The notes below the pieces were generated by a model. The model worked only from the letters and a program-made list of their open reading frames with translations, was not told the origin of the DNA and searched no databases. Below are positions 1-9,864 of a stretch of DNA of 64,000 nucleotides, piece by piece. The position numbers were made by a program, and so were the translations under genes. Source of the DNA: Candidatus Poribacteria bacterium (GTDB lineage: Bacteria; Poribacteria; WGA-4E; WGA-3G); assembly GCA_965205025.1 (NCBI GenBank), contig CBDBFU010000014.1, positions 224,001-288,000 of the forward strand, written 5' to 3'. The stretch's first letter is position 1, and each line of letters opens with the position of its first letter.

Positions 1-548
1 GTTACATTATGTGGTGCCCATTCCACGGCAAGTCCTTTCGTTAATAATACCACACCACCTTTACTACCAGAATAAGCTGTACGTAAAGGACCTCCCACTA
101 AACCCATAGTTGATGAGATATTTATTATTTTTCCACTTTCGCGTTCTATCATTGGTTTAACAAGAGTTTGTGTCAGGAAGAATAGACCTTTCATATTCAG
201 ATCATAGATTGCATCCCAATCTTCTTCTGTTAGTTCTAATGCTGGTTTTGGACGGTTGGTACCAGCATTATTGACAAGTACATCAACTCTTCCCCAGATA
301 TTGATTGCAGCATGTGCACCATCAGATATAGATTTTAGATCACTTACATCAAATACAACTGATTCTGCTTCTCCACCATTATCTTTTATCTCTGCAGCAA
401 CTTCGTCAAGATCAGATTGTGTCCTACTGTTTAAGATCACTTTCGCACCCATTTGTGATGCTGCTAATGCTATTCCTTTACCTATTCCTTTACCAGAACC
501 GGTAATCAGGATGACTTTATCTGTCAATTCAAATCCTGGAAATGCCAT
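1..548 (-). CDS. SDR family oxidoreductase (runs off window start)
   Basis: Manual translation MAFPGFELTDKVILITGSGKGIG shows the TGxxxGIG Rossmann motif, with NNAG downstream; GGAG RBS upstream. Confidence 0.85.
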   Translation of the reverse strand, partial: MAFPGFELTDKVILITGSGKGIGKGIALAASQMGAKVILNSRTQSDLDEVAAEIKDNGGEAESVVFDVSDLKSISDGAHAAINIWGRVDVLVNNAGTNRPKPALELTEEDWDAIYDLNMKGLFFLTQTLVKPMIERESGKIINISSTMGLVGGPLRTAYSGSKGGVVLLTKGLAVEWAPHNV

Positions 549-749
549 ACATTACTCTCCTATAAATGTAGATCCTTTTCTATAACTTTATATTCTAATT
601 TTGAAAGAATTATAATTCACGCGAGTTCAATGAAAGAGAAATGAGAAATTCAATTTCTGAACTCCTGCTATCACTGTGGACCGTGTTTAAATTATCTATC
701 CTCAACTTACTTAATACTTTGTGGATATAAAATGAAGATTGCAGTTCCT

Positions 750-1586
750 CTAAGTTATTGCTAATTTTAGAGTGTTTTCTAATAACATTGCCCTAGTTAA
801 TGGTCCTACACCACCCGGTACAGGAGTAATAAACCCTGCAACTTTTTGTACTTCATCAAATTTTACATCTCCTACAAGACGATCACTAATACTGTTAATA
901 CCTACATCAATGACAGTAGCATTTGGTTTTACCATATCTGCGGTGATAAATTCTGGCTTACCCACAGCGGCTATAAGGATATCTGCCTGTTTGGTTATCT
1001 CTGCTAAATTCATTGTCCGTGAATGGCAATAAGTCACCGTCGCATTCCTATTTAGTAGCATAATACCTATTGGTTTACCAACGAGATGACTTCTCCCTAC
1101 ACAAACTGCTTTTTTACCTTCAATCGGTAGACCCGTTAACTCAATTAATCTAATAATACCTGTTGGAGTACAAGGAGTCACACCTTCACGATTAATAAAT
1201 AGTTTGCCTAAATTAAGCGGGTTTAAGCCATCTGCGTCTTTTTCAGGAGGGATAGAATCAATAACAGTTTGCTCATCAATCTGTTCGGGTAGTGGCATTT
1301 GCACTAATAGTCCGTGTATGTTTTTTCGAGTACTTAAATCGGTTACTACCGTGATGAGTTCTTGTTGGGTAGTATTGGCTGGGAGATTGAGAACTTCAGA
1401 ATGGAAATTAACCTTATCACAATCGCGTTGTTTGTGTTTTATGTAGATCGTTGAAGCTGGATCCTCTCCAACTTGGATAACAGCGAGACCGGGAATTATG
1501 TTTAGTTTTTTAAGTTTCTTACGTATTTGGCTGCGGATACTTTGAGCAAGACGAGTGCCATTTAATATTTCGGCTGACAATACCAT
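750..1586 (-). CDS. folD: Bifunctional methylenetetrahydrofolate dehydrogenase/cyclohydrolase
   Basis: KDADG, PCTP, GRSxLVGKP and TPVPGGVGP motifs. Confidence 0.97.
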   Translation of the reverse strand: MVLSAEILNGTRLAQSIRSQIRKKLKKLNIIPGLAVIQVGEDPASTIYIKHKQRDCDKVNFHSEVLNLPANTTQQELITVVTDLSTRKNIHGLLVQMPLPEQIDEQTVIDSIPPEKDADGLNPLNLGKLFINREGVTPCTPTGIIRLIELTGLPIEGKKAVCVGRSHLVGKPIGIMLLNRNATVTYCHSRTMNLAEITKQADILIAAVGKPEFITADMVKPNATVIDVGINSISDRLVGDVKFDEVQKVAGFITPVPGGVGPLTRAMLLENTLKLAIT

Positions 1587-1777
1587 TCCTCCGATGCACC
1601 TGTGAATATGTAAATGTCTTTAAAAAGTGATTAATCACAACCCCTTTTAGTTCTTTACATTATACCAAATCAGTTTCGATTTGTCTATATATTGCTATTG
1701 ATTTTAGCTATTGTCAACTTTGCCGGTCTCTCGATAGATCCTAATGTGTGAAATAATCAGATTTTGACATCCTCATA

Positions 1778-3754
1778 CTATTCAGAAGTGAGTCGTTTGA
1801 TTCTGTCCTGTAGGAATTGGATTACTTGTTCAGCACTATGAATACCAAATGTTGATGCTTCGTCTAAGACTATCTGTATTAGAACATGATTATCTTCCAA
1901 TGCTTTCTCAGCTTTACGGAAATACTCTATAGCTTTCTCTATATCGTTGCTGTCCTGATACATGACTCCTAAGTAAATGTTTGCAGCAGCGAATCTGGGT
2001 GAATTGGGACGGTTTTTGATAAACCCTTCAAATGCATACCGAGCATCAGCGTAACGTTGGTCTTCATAATGTACTCTACCTATACGAAATTGTGCTCTAT
2101 CAGCAAAACTATCATTATATCCACCAGGAAGATACAATTCACGCTCTGGATAACCGATAGTCGTTTGATAGGCACGTAATGCTTCTTCATAACGTTGTAA
2201 TCTTCGATAAATCTCCCCAACTTGATAGGTAGACATCATTGCCTGCAGTGTATTCTTATGTTGTTCTATCACAGTATTAAAAGTCTGAAGAGCTGTATTT
2301 GGTTTTTCAAGAACATCCGAATATATAACACCAATCCTGTAATATGCCTCAGCTGCATAAGTTGATTTTGGATTGTATTCAATTACCTTTCTATACCCAT
2401 CTAATGCTTGCGAATAATCCAACAACTCACGTTCATAAATCGTTGCAATTTGAAGCTGAGTTCTACTTTTTTCACCTATGTTTCGATTACTATCTGCAAT
2501 ATGTTCATTAAGCTTCTGTATAGTTGCCAGATGTTCATAGGATCGGAGTAACGAAGCAGCCTGTTTTGCATATTGGGTATCACGTTCATTGACAATTAAA
2601 TCTCGTATAAGCGTTAATGCTTGATCATACTGACCATTATCCCCATATCTATTGAGTCTATCGAATTTTTGTGAGGGGATCAGTTCTGTCAATGTATTTA
2701 TCTTCTCTTGTAATAATTCATCCACTTCAGCAATACTTTTATCGTACATGGCTACCTGTCCAAGATACATTGGATCAAGTGTAGGTAGGTATACGTGATG
2801 AAATATTTTATATGCATTTAATGCATTAGAATACTCTTGTAGTTCTTCATAACAAATACCTAATGAATAAAAGACTGCATGCATATTCCAGAAGTTCGGG
2901 TAATTGTCTACGATTGAATTGTATACTATTAATGCTTGTTTAAATTGTTTAGCATCTCTATGTAGATTCCCAATATGAAATAGACCTTCGGCAGCAAAAT
3001 TACTTGTAGGATAATTCTGTGCGACTTTATGGTATTCAGAAATTGCCTGAGATAACTGATGTAAAGTTGTATGTCTTATATGAGCAATACGCCATTGAGC
3101 TTCAGCAGCTAATTTATCGTTTGGATGTTTTTCAAGTAATTCTTGATATGTTTCAATAGCTTTTTCAGGTTGATTCAGTTGTGATTGTGTCCGATAAAGT
3201 TCTGCGATTTGAAAGAGAGCTACTACATGTATTGGTGTACCTTTATATGTACGTAAAATCTCTCTTTGTATCATAAGATCTTTTAATGCCATGCGTATAT
3301 CTCGGATTCGTTGTTGTCCGAGTTGATGAACAAACTGTGTACTTGGAACCATATCAATCAGTGTACGAAAACTTGAAATAGCAAAATCATACTTACCCAT
3401 CCGACTATATACATCACCTATCTTTATATATGCAAGAAGAATCTCAGCGGTTGGTAAACCATCTGCTTCCATTTCAAGAATTGCTTTATATACATTAATA
3501 GCCTTAGGATATTGTTGTGTATAATTATAGTACAACTCTCCAAGTTGGTTGTAATATTGACTTCGTAATTCAACATTATTTGATTTCTCAACAAGTGTTT
3601 CTAACATTCTGATAGCATCTGTATACCTCTGCTGCTGAATTAAATCCTTCACTTCCTCATTTTGGGCATTTGTTGGAGTTACAATGGAAATTTGCAGCAC
3701 AAGAATACTGATTACATAAAAAAAATAGTTTGATATACTATTTATCTTTTTCAC
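1778..3754 (-). CDS. Secreted TPR-repeat protein (BamD/CpoB-like repeats)
   Basis: Signal peptide followed by repeated YP.S..A.EA.Y.IG TPR units. Confidence 0.85.
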   Translation of the reverse strand: MKKINSISNYFFYVISILVLQISIVTPTNAQNEEVKDLIQQQRYTDAIRMLETLVEKSNNVELRSQYYNQLGELYYNYTQQYPKAINVYKAILEMEADGLPTAEILLAYIKIGDVYSRMGKYDFAISSFRTLIDMVPSTQFVHQLGQQRIRDIRMALKDLMIQREILRTYKGTPIHVVALFQIAELYRTQSQLNQPEKAIETYQELLEKHPNDKLAAEAQWRIAHIRHTTLHQLSQAISEYHKVAQNYPTSNFAAEGLFHIGNLHRDAKQFKQALIVYNSIVDNYPNFWNMHAVFYSLGICYEELQEYSNALNAYKIFHHVYLPTLDPMYLGQVAMYDKSIAEVDELLQEKINTLTELIPSQKFDRLNRYGDNGQYDQALTLIRDLIVNERDTQYAKQAASLLRSYEHLATIQKLNEHIADSNRNIGEKSRTQLQIATIYERELLDYSQALDGYRKVIEYNPKSTYAAEAYYRIGVIYSDVLEKPNTALQTFNTVIEQHKNTLQAMMSTYQVGEIYRRLQRYEEALRAYQTTIGYPERELYLPGGYNDSFADRAQFRIGRVHYEDQRYADARYAFEGFIKNRPNSPRFAAANIYLGVMYQDSNDIEKAIEYFRKAEKALEDNHVLIQIVLDEASTFGIHSAEQVIQFLQDRIKRLTSE

Positions 3755-3761
3755 AATAATA

Positions 3762-3803
3762 CCTTGTTTCAGATGCCTTGTTTCAGATGCCTTGTTTCAG
3801 ATG
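3762..3803. repeat. Tandem repeat CCTTGTTTCAGATG x3
   Basis: Three exact 14-bp copies visible directly upstream of the TPR gene start. Confidence 0.9.
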
Positions 3804-3823
3804 ATTGTGTAGGATGGTATCAA

Positions 3824-4441
3824 TCAGAGTTCAGAATTAACACTCTTGAGATGTTGATGTGCAACAATTGCCCAATCAGTGCCTTGTGCTTGATCTTTAA
3901 CTCGATTCAGTTGACTAACTCTATCCCATTTATCGGAATTTCGTAGGTGTCGATTGCGGAGTACATCTTCCATATTGCGTTGTATCTCCTGATGCCTATA
4001 CTCTTGTATCTTCAGATGTGCAGAATCAGTTACATTCTCTTCATAGGTTGACACATATTGAAAGGGATCAGTTAAAAGAAATGTAATTCCAATCACAGCA
4101 ACAATAAACAGAGAAAATACTGCTGCTTTTTGTTGATATATCAGAGTTAGTAGATTCGATACTCGTGCTGCTAAGTTTGAATGTTTTGTAGGTATAACTG
4201 TATTCTCAGCAGCGATGCGTTTGTAGAGTTTTGTCTGAAGGTTTTTTGGCATGCTAAGATTATGAGCGTAAACACCTTCAGCGTCATCAACAAGTTGAAG
4301 CACACGTTTATAGGAATTGACCATTCTTGTGCATTTATTACAAGTCATTAAATGTACCTTATAATTATCCATTTTAGATGGATCAAATTCACCAAATACA
4401 TAGTCAATAGCATGCGCCTCAGACATATTACATTTGGGCAT
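3824..4441 (-). CDS. Anti-sigma factor (ZAS/zf-HC2 domain plus TM helix)
   Basis: HLMTCNKC (HxxxCxxC) motif, one TM helix, immediately downstream of an ECF sigma. Confidence 0.8.
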   Translation of the reverse strand: MPKCNMSEAHAIDYVFGEFDPSKMDNYKVHLMTCNKCTRMVNSYKRVLQLVDDAEGVYAHNLSMPKNLQTKLYKRIAAENTVIPTKHSNLAARVSNLLTLIYQQKAAVFSLFIVAVIGITFLLTDPFQYVSTYEENVTDSAHLKIQEYRHQEIQRNMEDVLRNRHLRNSDKWDRVSQLNRVKDQAQGTDWAIVAHQHLKSVNSEL

Positions 4442-4452
4442 ATAATTACCTC

Positions 4453-5046
4453 CTATATTTCATTGTTTTCCATTAATGGTCTTAATAGAGTCTGTAATTT
4501 CTTCATTGCACGGTGTAAATGAATTTTAACTGTTCCTTCCGCCATACCTAAAGTTTCTGCTACTTCTCTAATTGGTAAACCTTCATATCGAGTTAGCATA
4601 AATACTTCTTTTTGCTTTGATGAGAGTTCGTCCACAGCTTCACGAATAATACGTCCACGTTCAATATCTTCAACTTGTTTTTCGGGATTACTTGATAAAT
4701 CTGTTGCTACGAGTTTTGTTTCTAATACCTCTTCATCTTCCAACACATAGACTGGATGTCGAGACTTAGACCTATGATAATCAATTGAAAGATTTGATGC
4801 AATGGTATATAACCAAGTTGAGAATTTTGCTTTCGGTTCCCATGAAGATAAAGCACGATAAGCTTTAAAAAAGACTTCAAGTGTTAGTTCTTCGGCATCT
4901 TCATAATTTCTTACTGATCGTAGGAGATAACCAAAGATTTTACGTTCATAACGTTTCATCAATTCATCAAATGCTCTTTGGCTTCCTGATTGGAATTGTT
5001 TAACGAGTATTTCATCATCTATTAATTTGTCCATATTATGTGCCAA
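4453..5046 (-). CDS. ECF RNA polymerase sigma-70 factor
   Basis: DAEELTLEVF, FSTWLYTIA and region 4 HTH (EVAETLGMAEGTVKIHLHRA). Confidence 0.95.
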   Translation of the reverse strand: MAHNMDKLIDDEILVKQFQSGSQRAFDELMKRYERKIFGYLLRSVRNYEDAEELTLEVFFKAYRALSSWEPKAKFSTWLYTIASNLSIDYHRSKSRHPVYVLEDEEVLETKLVATDLSSNPEKQVEDIERGRIIREAVDELSSKQKEVFMLTRYEGLPIREVAETLGMAEGTVKIHLHRAMKKLQTLLRPLMENNEI

Positions 5047-5242
5047 TCTTTCGTTTTGATTCCATCATCATATTCATTTAACGGATAAGGGAATAATTAA
5101 GTTTACAGTATTTCCTTTTCATAAAGTAATTCTAAATTGGCAATTTGTGCTTCGATTTCAAGTATGGGTATAAATACATTAAAAACTGAAACATAATTAA
5201 TTGTGTGGAAATATATTTGTAGTTTGGATAAAATAAAATTAG

Positions 5243-6298
5243 ATGATTTTATTCGGAGGTATTAAGGTGGCAACTACACATAAAAATCCTCAAGGATCAC
5301 CGTTAGTAATTCCTGCATCGGAAACCGCAGAAAATATGGTGAAAGTAGCAGTGGATTTTTTGGATGGATTACCAACAGAATTACGAGAGAAAGCATCTGA
5401 ACCGTTTGACGGTAATGAAAGATTCCGTTGGCATTACATTCCTATTGAAATGTGGGAACGTCAAGGTGTATCATTACAGGAGTTGGATAGTAAACAAAAG
5501 GAATTAGCTTTTGCACTTATGGAAAGCGGTTTGAGTGCAAAAGGATATGAAAAAGCTCAAGCAATTATTAATTTAGAAACAACACTTGGTGAGATAGAAA
5601 AAGCGTCAGGAGATGGGAAACTTGAACGAAATCCTGAATACTATTTTTTTACAATCTTTGGTGATCCAACTGGAAATGGGGCATGGGGATGGCGTACAGA
5701 AGGACACCATATTTCATTGAATTTTACAATTGTCAATCGAGAGCTTATTTCACCGAATCCTTTTTTCTTTGGGTCTAATCCTGCAGAAGTTCTACAAGGT
5801 GATAAAAAAGGACTACGAGTTCTCTTAGCTGAAGAAGATCTCGCACGTCAACTTCTCACAAGTTTTACACCGTACCAAAAGACTAATGCAGTTATAGATA
5901 CGGAGGCACCATCAGATATACTCACAAGGAATGCTCCGAAAGTAGAGTTTGATGCTGTAGAGGGATTAGCTGTAGAAACAATGGAAACACATCAACGGGA
6001 ACTGTTGATGCAGCTTCTTAATGAGTATATTGATAGGCTTCCTGATGAGATGGCTGAGATTGAACGACGAAAATTACGTGAAGGGAGTTTCAACGATATT
6101 CACTTTGCATGGGCTGGTGGAGAGGAAAGAAGAATGCCACATTATTATCGATTACATAGTCCATTCTTCTTCGTGGAATATGATAACACACAGAATGATG
6201 CCAATCATATCCACTCAGTATGGCGTCATATTGAAGATGATTTTGGTGGGGATTTGCTTCGATTACACTACCATAAATCTAAACATCATAGTCATTAG
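5243..6298 (+). CDS. DUF3500 domain protein
   Basis: WGWRxEGHHISLNF, EYDNTQNDANHIHSVWR and DFG motifs; true start may be GTG at about 5267. Confidence 0.85.
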   Translation: MILFGGIKVATTHKNPQGSPLVIPASETAENMVKVAVDFLDGLPTELREKASEPFDGNERFRWHYIPIEMWERQGVSLQELDSKQKELAFALMESGLSAKGYEKAQAIINLETTLGEIEKASGDGKLERNPEYYFFTIFGDPTGNGAWGWRTEGHHISLNFTIVNRELISPNPFFFGSNPAEVLQGDKKGLRVLLAEEDLARQLLTSFTPYQKTNAVIDTEAPSDILTRNAPKVEFDAVEGLAVETMETHQRELLMQLLNEYIDRLPDEMAEIERRKLREGSFNDIHFAWAGGEERRMPHYYRLHSPFFFVEYDNTQNDANHIHSVWRHIEDDFGGDLLRLHYHKSKHHSH

Positions 6299-6308
6299 TA
6301 TTGACAAA

Positions 6309-6344
6309 AAACAAAAAAGCCACCAAAAAGGTGGCTTTTTTGTT
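6309..6344. terminator. Bidirectional intrinsic terminator
   Basis: AAACAAAAAAGCCACC-loop-GGTGGCTTTTTTGTTT between convergent genes. Confidence 0.85.
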
Positions 6345-6368
6345 TGTCATCTATATTCTATACAAAGA

Positions 6369-7226
6369 TTATTTAACGGATTTAATTGTACTCCAGGTAG
6401 TGGCTAATTTACCTGCGGGTTCAACTGGGGTAGGAGTGTTTGAGCTAAGCACAACGAGTCCAGTCTTTTCAGGATTTTTCCCATAGACAACAGCATGGGG
6501 GTACCAACCATCCCATCCCTTTTGTCCAGTTTGTCCGCCACCCTTATCACCATCATTAACACAAATACCTAATCCAATTTCAAGTCCTGCAGTAAGTGAA
6601 ATTGAAAGTCCAAAATTTGCAGGTGTGAATTTGAACTCATAATATGTCTTCTTAGCGCCTTCATCTCTGACAATAGCAACATCATCTGCTTCGAGTCCAG
6701 GAGCACCATTGGTTCTTTCATTCTGTAGAAGGATATCTCCGTTATCATGTAGTCCAACGTTATAAAGAAAGAATGGTTGTCCACCAGCACGATTCCCACT
6801 CGGAACAACAGATAGTTGAGCACCATCACCATTCCAAGCAGCACCCGCAGCATGTTCATGTTCGTCATCTGTGACGCTTAGTGCCAGATATACTGCATCC
6901 GGATTCCAAGCAATCATGAAACATGTTGTATGATCATCAGCATCATTCCAAACACCTGTTTGGTATGTTTCAAATGTCTTTATGACACCACCGTTAGCTT
7001 CGAATTCAAGACCACAAAACGGAGAACCATCGGTACCAGTGACAGCGTCCATGACACCATCCCATTCATCAAGTTTACCGTCAATGGTCACATCTAATCC
7101 AGTAACAGCATTGTATACATCATGAGTTTCACTACGCCATTGCGCATCTGCTATGTTTAATGTAAACAGGACTACGAAAATAGTAGTCATAATAAAAACG
7201 TATTTTTTCATAAAAGATTTCCTCAA
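6369..7226 (-). CDS. Secreted CBM9/DOMON-like sugar-binding protein with Poribacteria-type C-terminal tail
   Basis: IDGKLDEW, YLALSVTDD and ICVNDGD motifs; ends PVEPAGKLATTWSTIK. Confidence 0.75.
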   Translation of the reverse strand: MRKSFMKKYVFIMTTIFVVLFTLNIADAQWRSETHDVYNAVTGLDVTIDGKLDEWDGVMDAVTGTDGSPFCGLEFEANGGVIKTFETYQTGVWNDADDHTTCFMIAWNPDAVYLALSVTDDEHEHAAGAAWNGDGAQLSVVPSGNRAGGQPFFLYNVGLHDNGDILLQNERTNGAPGLEADDVAIVRDEGAKKTYYEFKFTPANFGLSISLTAGLEIGLGICVNDGDKGGGQTGQKGWDGWYPHAVVYGKNPEKTGLVVLSSNTPTPVEPAGKLATTWSTIKSVK

Positions 7227-7377
7227 TACAGAATTGACCTTAGGTCGTTATTTTGGTTAGTAGATTTGAAATTACATTATTAATATTCATTATGATATTT
7301 CTTCTTATGAAAGAATATCATCGTTTATTTATAGTAAATAAGTATTAGGCTTACTAATACTTATTTCAGACTAATAC

Positions 7378-8262
7378 TTATTTCAGGGATTTTATATTAC
7401 CCCATGTGGTTGTTATTTTATTTATAGGATCAACGGCGAGGGTTTCATCTGTGAGAATTACCAAACCAGTTTTATCTGGATTTTTCCCATGGACAATAGA
7501 ATGTGGATACCAACCTGACCAACCTTTTTGCCCACCTTGTCCAGCTGCTTTATCTCCATCGTTAACACATATTCCAAGTCCAAATTGTAACCCTTCTTTA
7601 AATGGATCTTTATACCCTAAATTATCTGGTGAAATTCTAAATTCATAGTATGTCTTCTTTTTTACTTCATCACGTACAATTACAACATCTTCACCTCCAA
7701 CAAGACCGGGATTCCCACGGGTTGTTTCATTTTGGAGTAATAGGTTTTTGGCATCATCAGACAATCCAGCATTATAGAGTATATCGGTTCTGGCAGGTTG
7801 ACGTTTCCCAGTAGGTTCAAAAGCGAGTTGTGCACCATCACCATTCCATGCTGCTCCTGCTGCATGTTCATGTTCATCATCGGTGACATCCAAAGCAAGA
7901 TAGACATACTCTGGGGTCCAAAGAATCATAAAACATGTTTCATGGTCGTCCGGACCTTTCCAATTTCCACCACCGTGTGCTTCAAAAACACCTTGTTCAT
8001 TTTTAATGCCGCAGAAAGGTTTTCCATCAGTTCCTTTAACTGCATCTAAAACACCATCCCAATCATCAAGATTTCCATCTATTTTTATGTCGGTGTCTGC
8101 TTGAAGAGCATTATATTTGTCATGTGTTGCATGCCGCCATTGAGCATTTACTGATACACTTGTTATGAAAAATAATAGAATTATTATGTATGTAGACTTT
8201 CTCATTTCTTTATCTCCTATTTCAGATATATCTTTAAATATATATAAGTATAACCTAAACAA
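7378..8262 (-). CDS. Secreted CBM9/DOMON-like protein, paralog of the adjacent gene
   Basis: IDGNLDDW and the shared VTDDEHEHAAGAAWNGDGAQL block; ends AVDPINKITTTWGNIK; likely start MRKST at about 8205. Confidence 0.75.
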   Translation of the reverse strand: MFRLYLYIFKDISEIGDKEMRKSTYIIILLFFITSVSVNAQWRHATHDKYNALQADTDIKIDGNLDDWDGVLDAVKGTDGKPFCGIKNEQGVFEAHGGGNWKGPDDHETCFMILWTPEYVYLALDVTDDEHEHAAGAAWNGDGAQLAFEPTGKRQPARTDILYNAGLSDDAKNLLLQNETTRGNPGLVGGEDVVIVRDEVKKKTYYEFRISPDNLGYKDPFKEGLQFGLGICVNDGDKAAGQGGQKGWSGWYPHSIVHGKNPDKTGLVILTDETLAVDPINKITTTWGNIKSLK

Positions 8263-8312
8263 AACCTAATAATTAAACGATTTTAACAGTGATTTATTTA
8301 TTGAAAGTACTG

Positions 8313-9842
8313 TTAACGGTCTTCAAATGATCCAGCACCCTTGTCTCCACCTAAACAAAAGACATACCGTCCACTTGAACCAATGTATAGATTGCCATTA
8401 GCAATTACGGGTGAAGAAATGAACTTTAATCCATTTGAAACAGAATTAGCATCATATATCCACTCAATGTCACCATCAGATAGATCCAGTGAGAATATTC
8501 TCCCGTCATAAGTTGCAGCGTAAACTGATTGTTCTGTTACGGCTGGGGATGAAGCTACAACGGCATTTAGATCCACACTCCAATTTAATTCTCCATCTAA
8601 AGCACTGAGATTATAAACATGTCCATCTTTGGAACCAAATATCACCTGTTCGTTTTTAACGCAAATTGCTGACATCACAGCATCCCCAACTTCATATTCC
8701 CAAACTTTTTTACCGGTTTCCATATTTAATGCAATTACACTACCTTTTGGAATTGGTGCACTTTCTGAAAAATTACCTCTACCGAGTCCAAAATAGATAA
8801 TGTTGTCATAAGAACTTGGGCTACCCCAAACAGGATAGGCAGTGGGTGTAGACCAGATTTCCTTCCCCGTCATAGCATCTAAGGCATAGGTACGATATTC
8901 ACCATAACCTGTACCAAAATAGACCTTCCCATCTTTAACTATCGGTGCCATATCTGCATGAACAGCAGGAAAATGCCAAATCTCTTCACCTGCCAGAGCA
9001 TCTAAACAATACACACCATCTCCACCAGCCGTAAAATAAAGTCTCCCTTGAATAATATATGGTGTGGATTCTACGTGACTTGCTGTCTTAAAACTCCAAA
9101 TGGGATCACCTGTATTAGCATCAAGACAGCGGAGTCTACACCCAGTATCATAGTGATAGCCTTCACCAATATATACCCGTCCTGCAACAACTGCTGGAGA
9201 TGATATGATAGGGATATCAGAATCATGTTGCCAAATCAACTTATTCGTTTCTATATCAATACAGTAAGTAGCACCGCTAACAGATAAGATCGCTCCATGT
9301 GTCGCACCTATAAATAGACGATTCCCAACTATTGCAGGTGATGATGAGAGTTCTACTGCCATAGCTTCTTTGGATTTAAATATCCAATTAATGTTATTCG
9401 TTAAGGGACCAGGTAGATCGTCTAAATGTCCTGTACGATTAGCATTACCTCTAAATGTTGGCCAGGATTGTGTGTTGGTTACTAATTCTGTTTTCGATTT
9501 CTCAGGTTCTACTGTTATAGGGGGAGTTGGCTTGACATTCCTACCTACAAGTTGAAAGGTTAACACAGCTAAAATAACTAAAACTAAGATACTAATTAGT
9601 GAACCTATTTTGTTGGCGAAAACAAAATTACGTAGTCTATAGAATAACATCTTTGTCGTATCACGTGCAAAAACAAGACTGGTTACGACAGCGATTCCAA
9701 CAAAAGCAAGAATTTGAGGTATTATACTAAGTAGTGCAGAAAGAGGACCCAGTAGCTGGGGAATGACTGCATAAGCAGATGCTGTAAAACAGAAGAAAAC
9801 TGAAACGATTATCAAAGGTATAAGTATTCTAATTCTGTTCAT
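8313..9842 (-). CDS. Membrane-anchored PQQ-like beta-propeller (BamB-like) protein
   Basis: WPTFRGN.R.G motif, repeated SSP.V...VY.G / LDA.TG...W blades, N-terminal TM helices. Confidence 0.85.
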   Translation of the reverse strand: MNRIRILIPLIIVSVFFCFTASAYAVIPQLLGPLSALLSIIPQILAFVGIAVVTSLVFARDTTKMLFYRLRNFVFANKIGSLISILVLVILAVLTFQLVGRNVKPTPPITVEPEKSKTELVTNTQSWPTFRGNANRTGHLDDLPGPLTNNINWIFKSKEAMAVELSSSPAIVGNRLFIGATHGAILSVSGATYCIDIETNKLIWQHDSDIPIISSPAVVAGRVYIGEGYHYDTGCRLRCLDANTGDPIWSFKTASHVESTPYIIQGRLYFTAGGDGVYCLDALAGEEIWHFPAVHADMAPIVKDGKVYFGTGYGEYRTYALDAMTGKEIWSTPTAYPVWGSPSSYDNIIYFGLGRGNFSESAPIPKGSVIALNMETGKKVWEYEVGDAVMSAICVKNEQVIFGSKDGHVYNLSALDGELNWSVDLNAVVASSPAVTEQSVYAATYDGRIFSLDLSDGDIEWIYDANSVSNGLKFISSPVIANGNLYIGSSGRYVFCLGGDKGAGSFEDR

Positions 9843-9864
9843 TATTAGATCCCTCGTTATAATG

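Noticed and set aside
7338-7387. 17-bp duplication CTAATACTTATTTCAG with an inverted copy at a gene end
   Set aside because: Explained as a terminator-like hairpin plus a local duplication; no further copies seen
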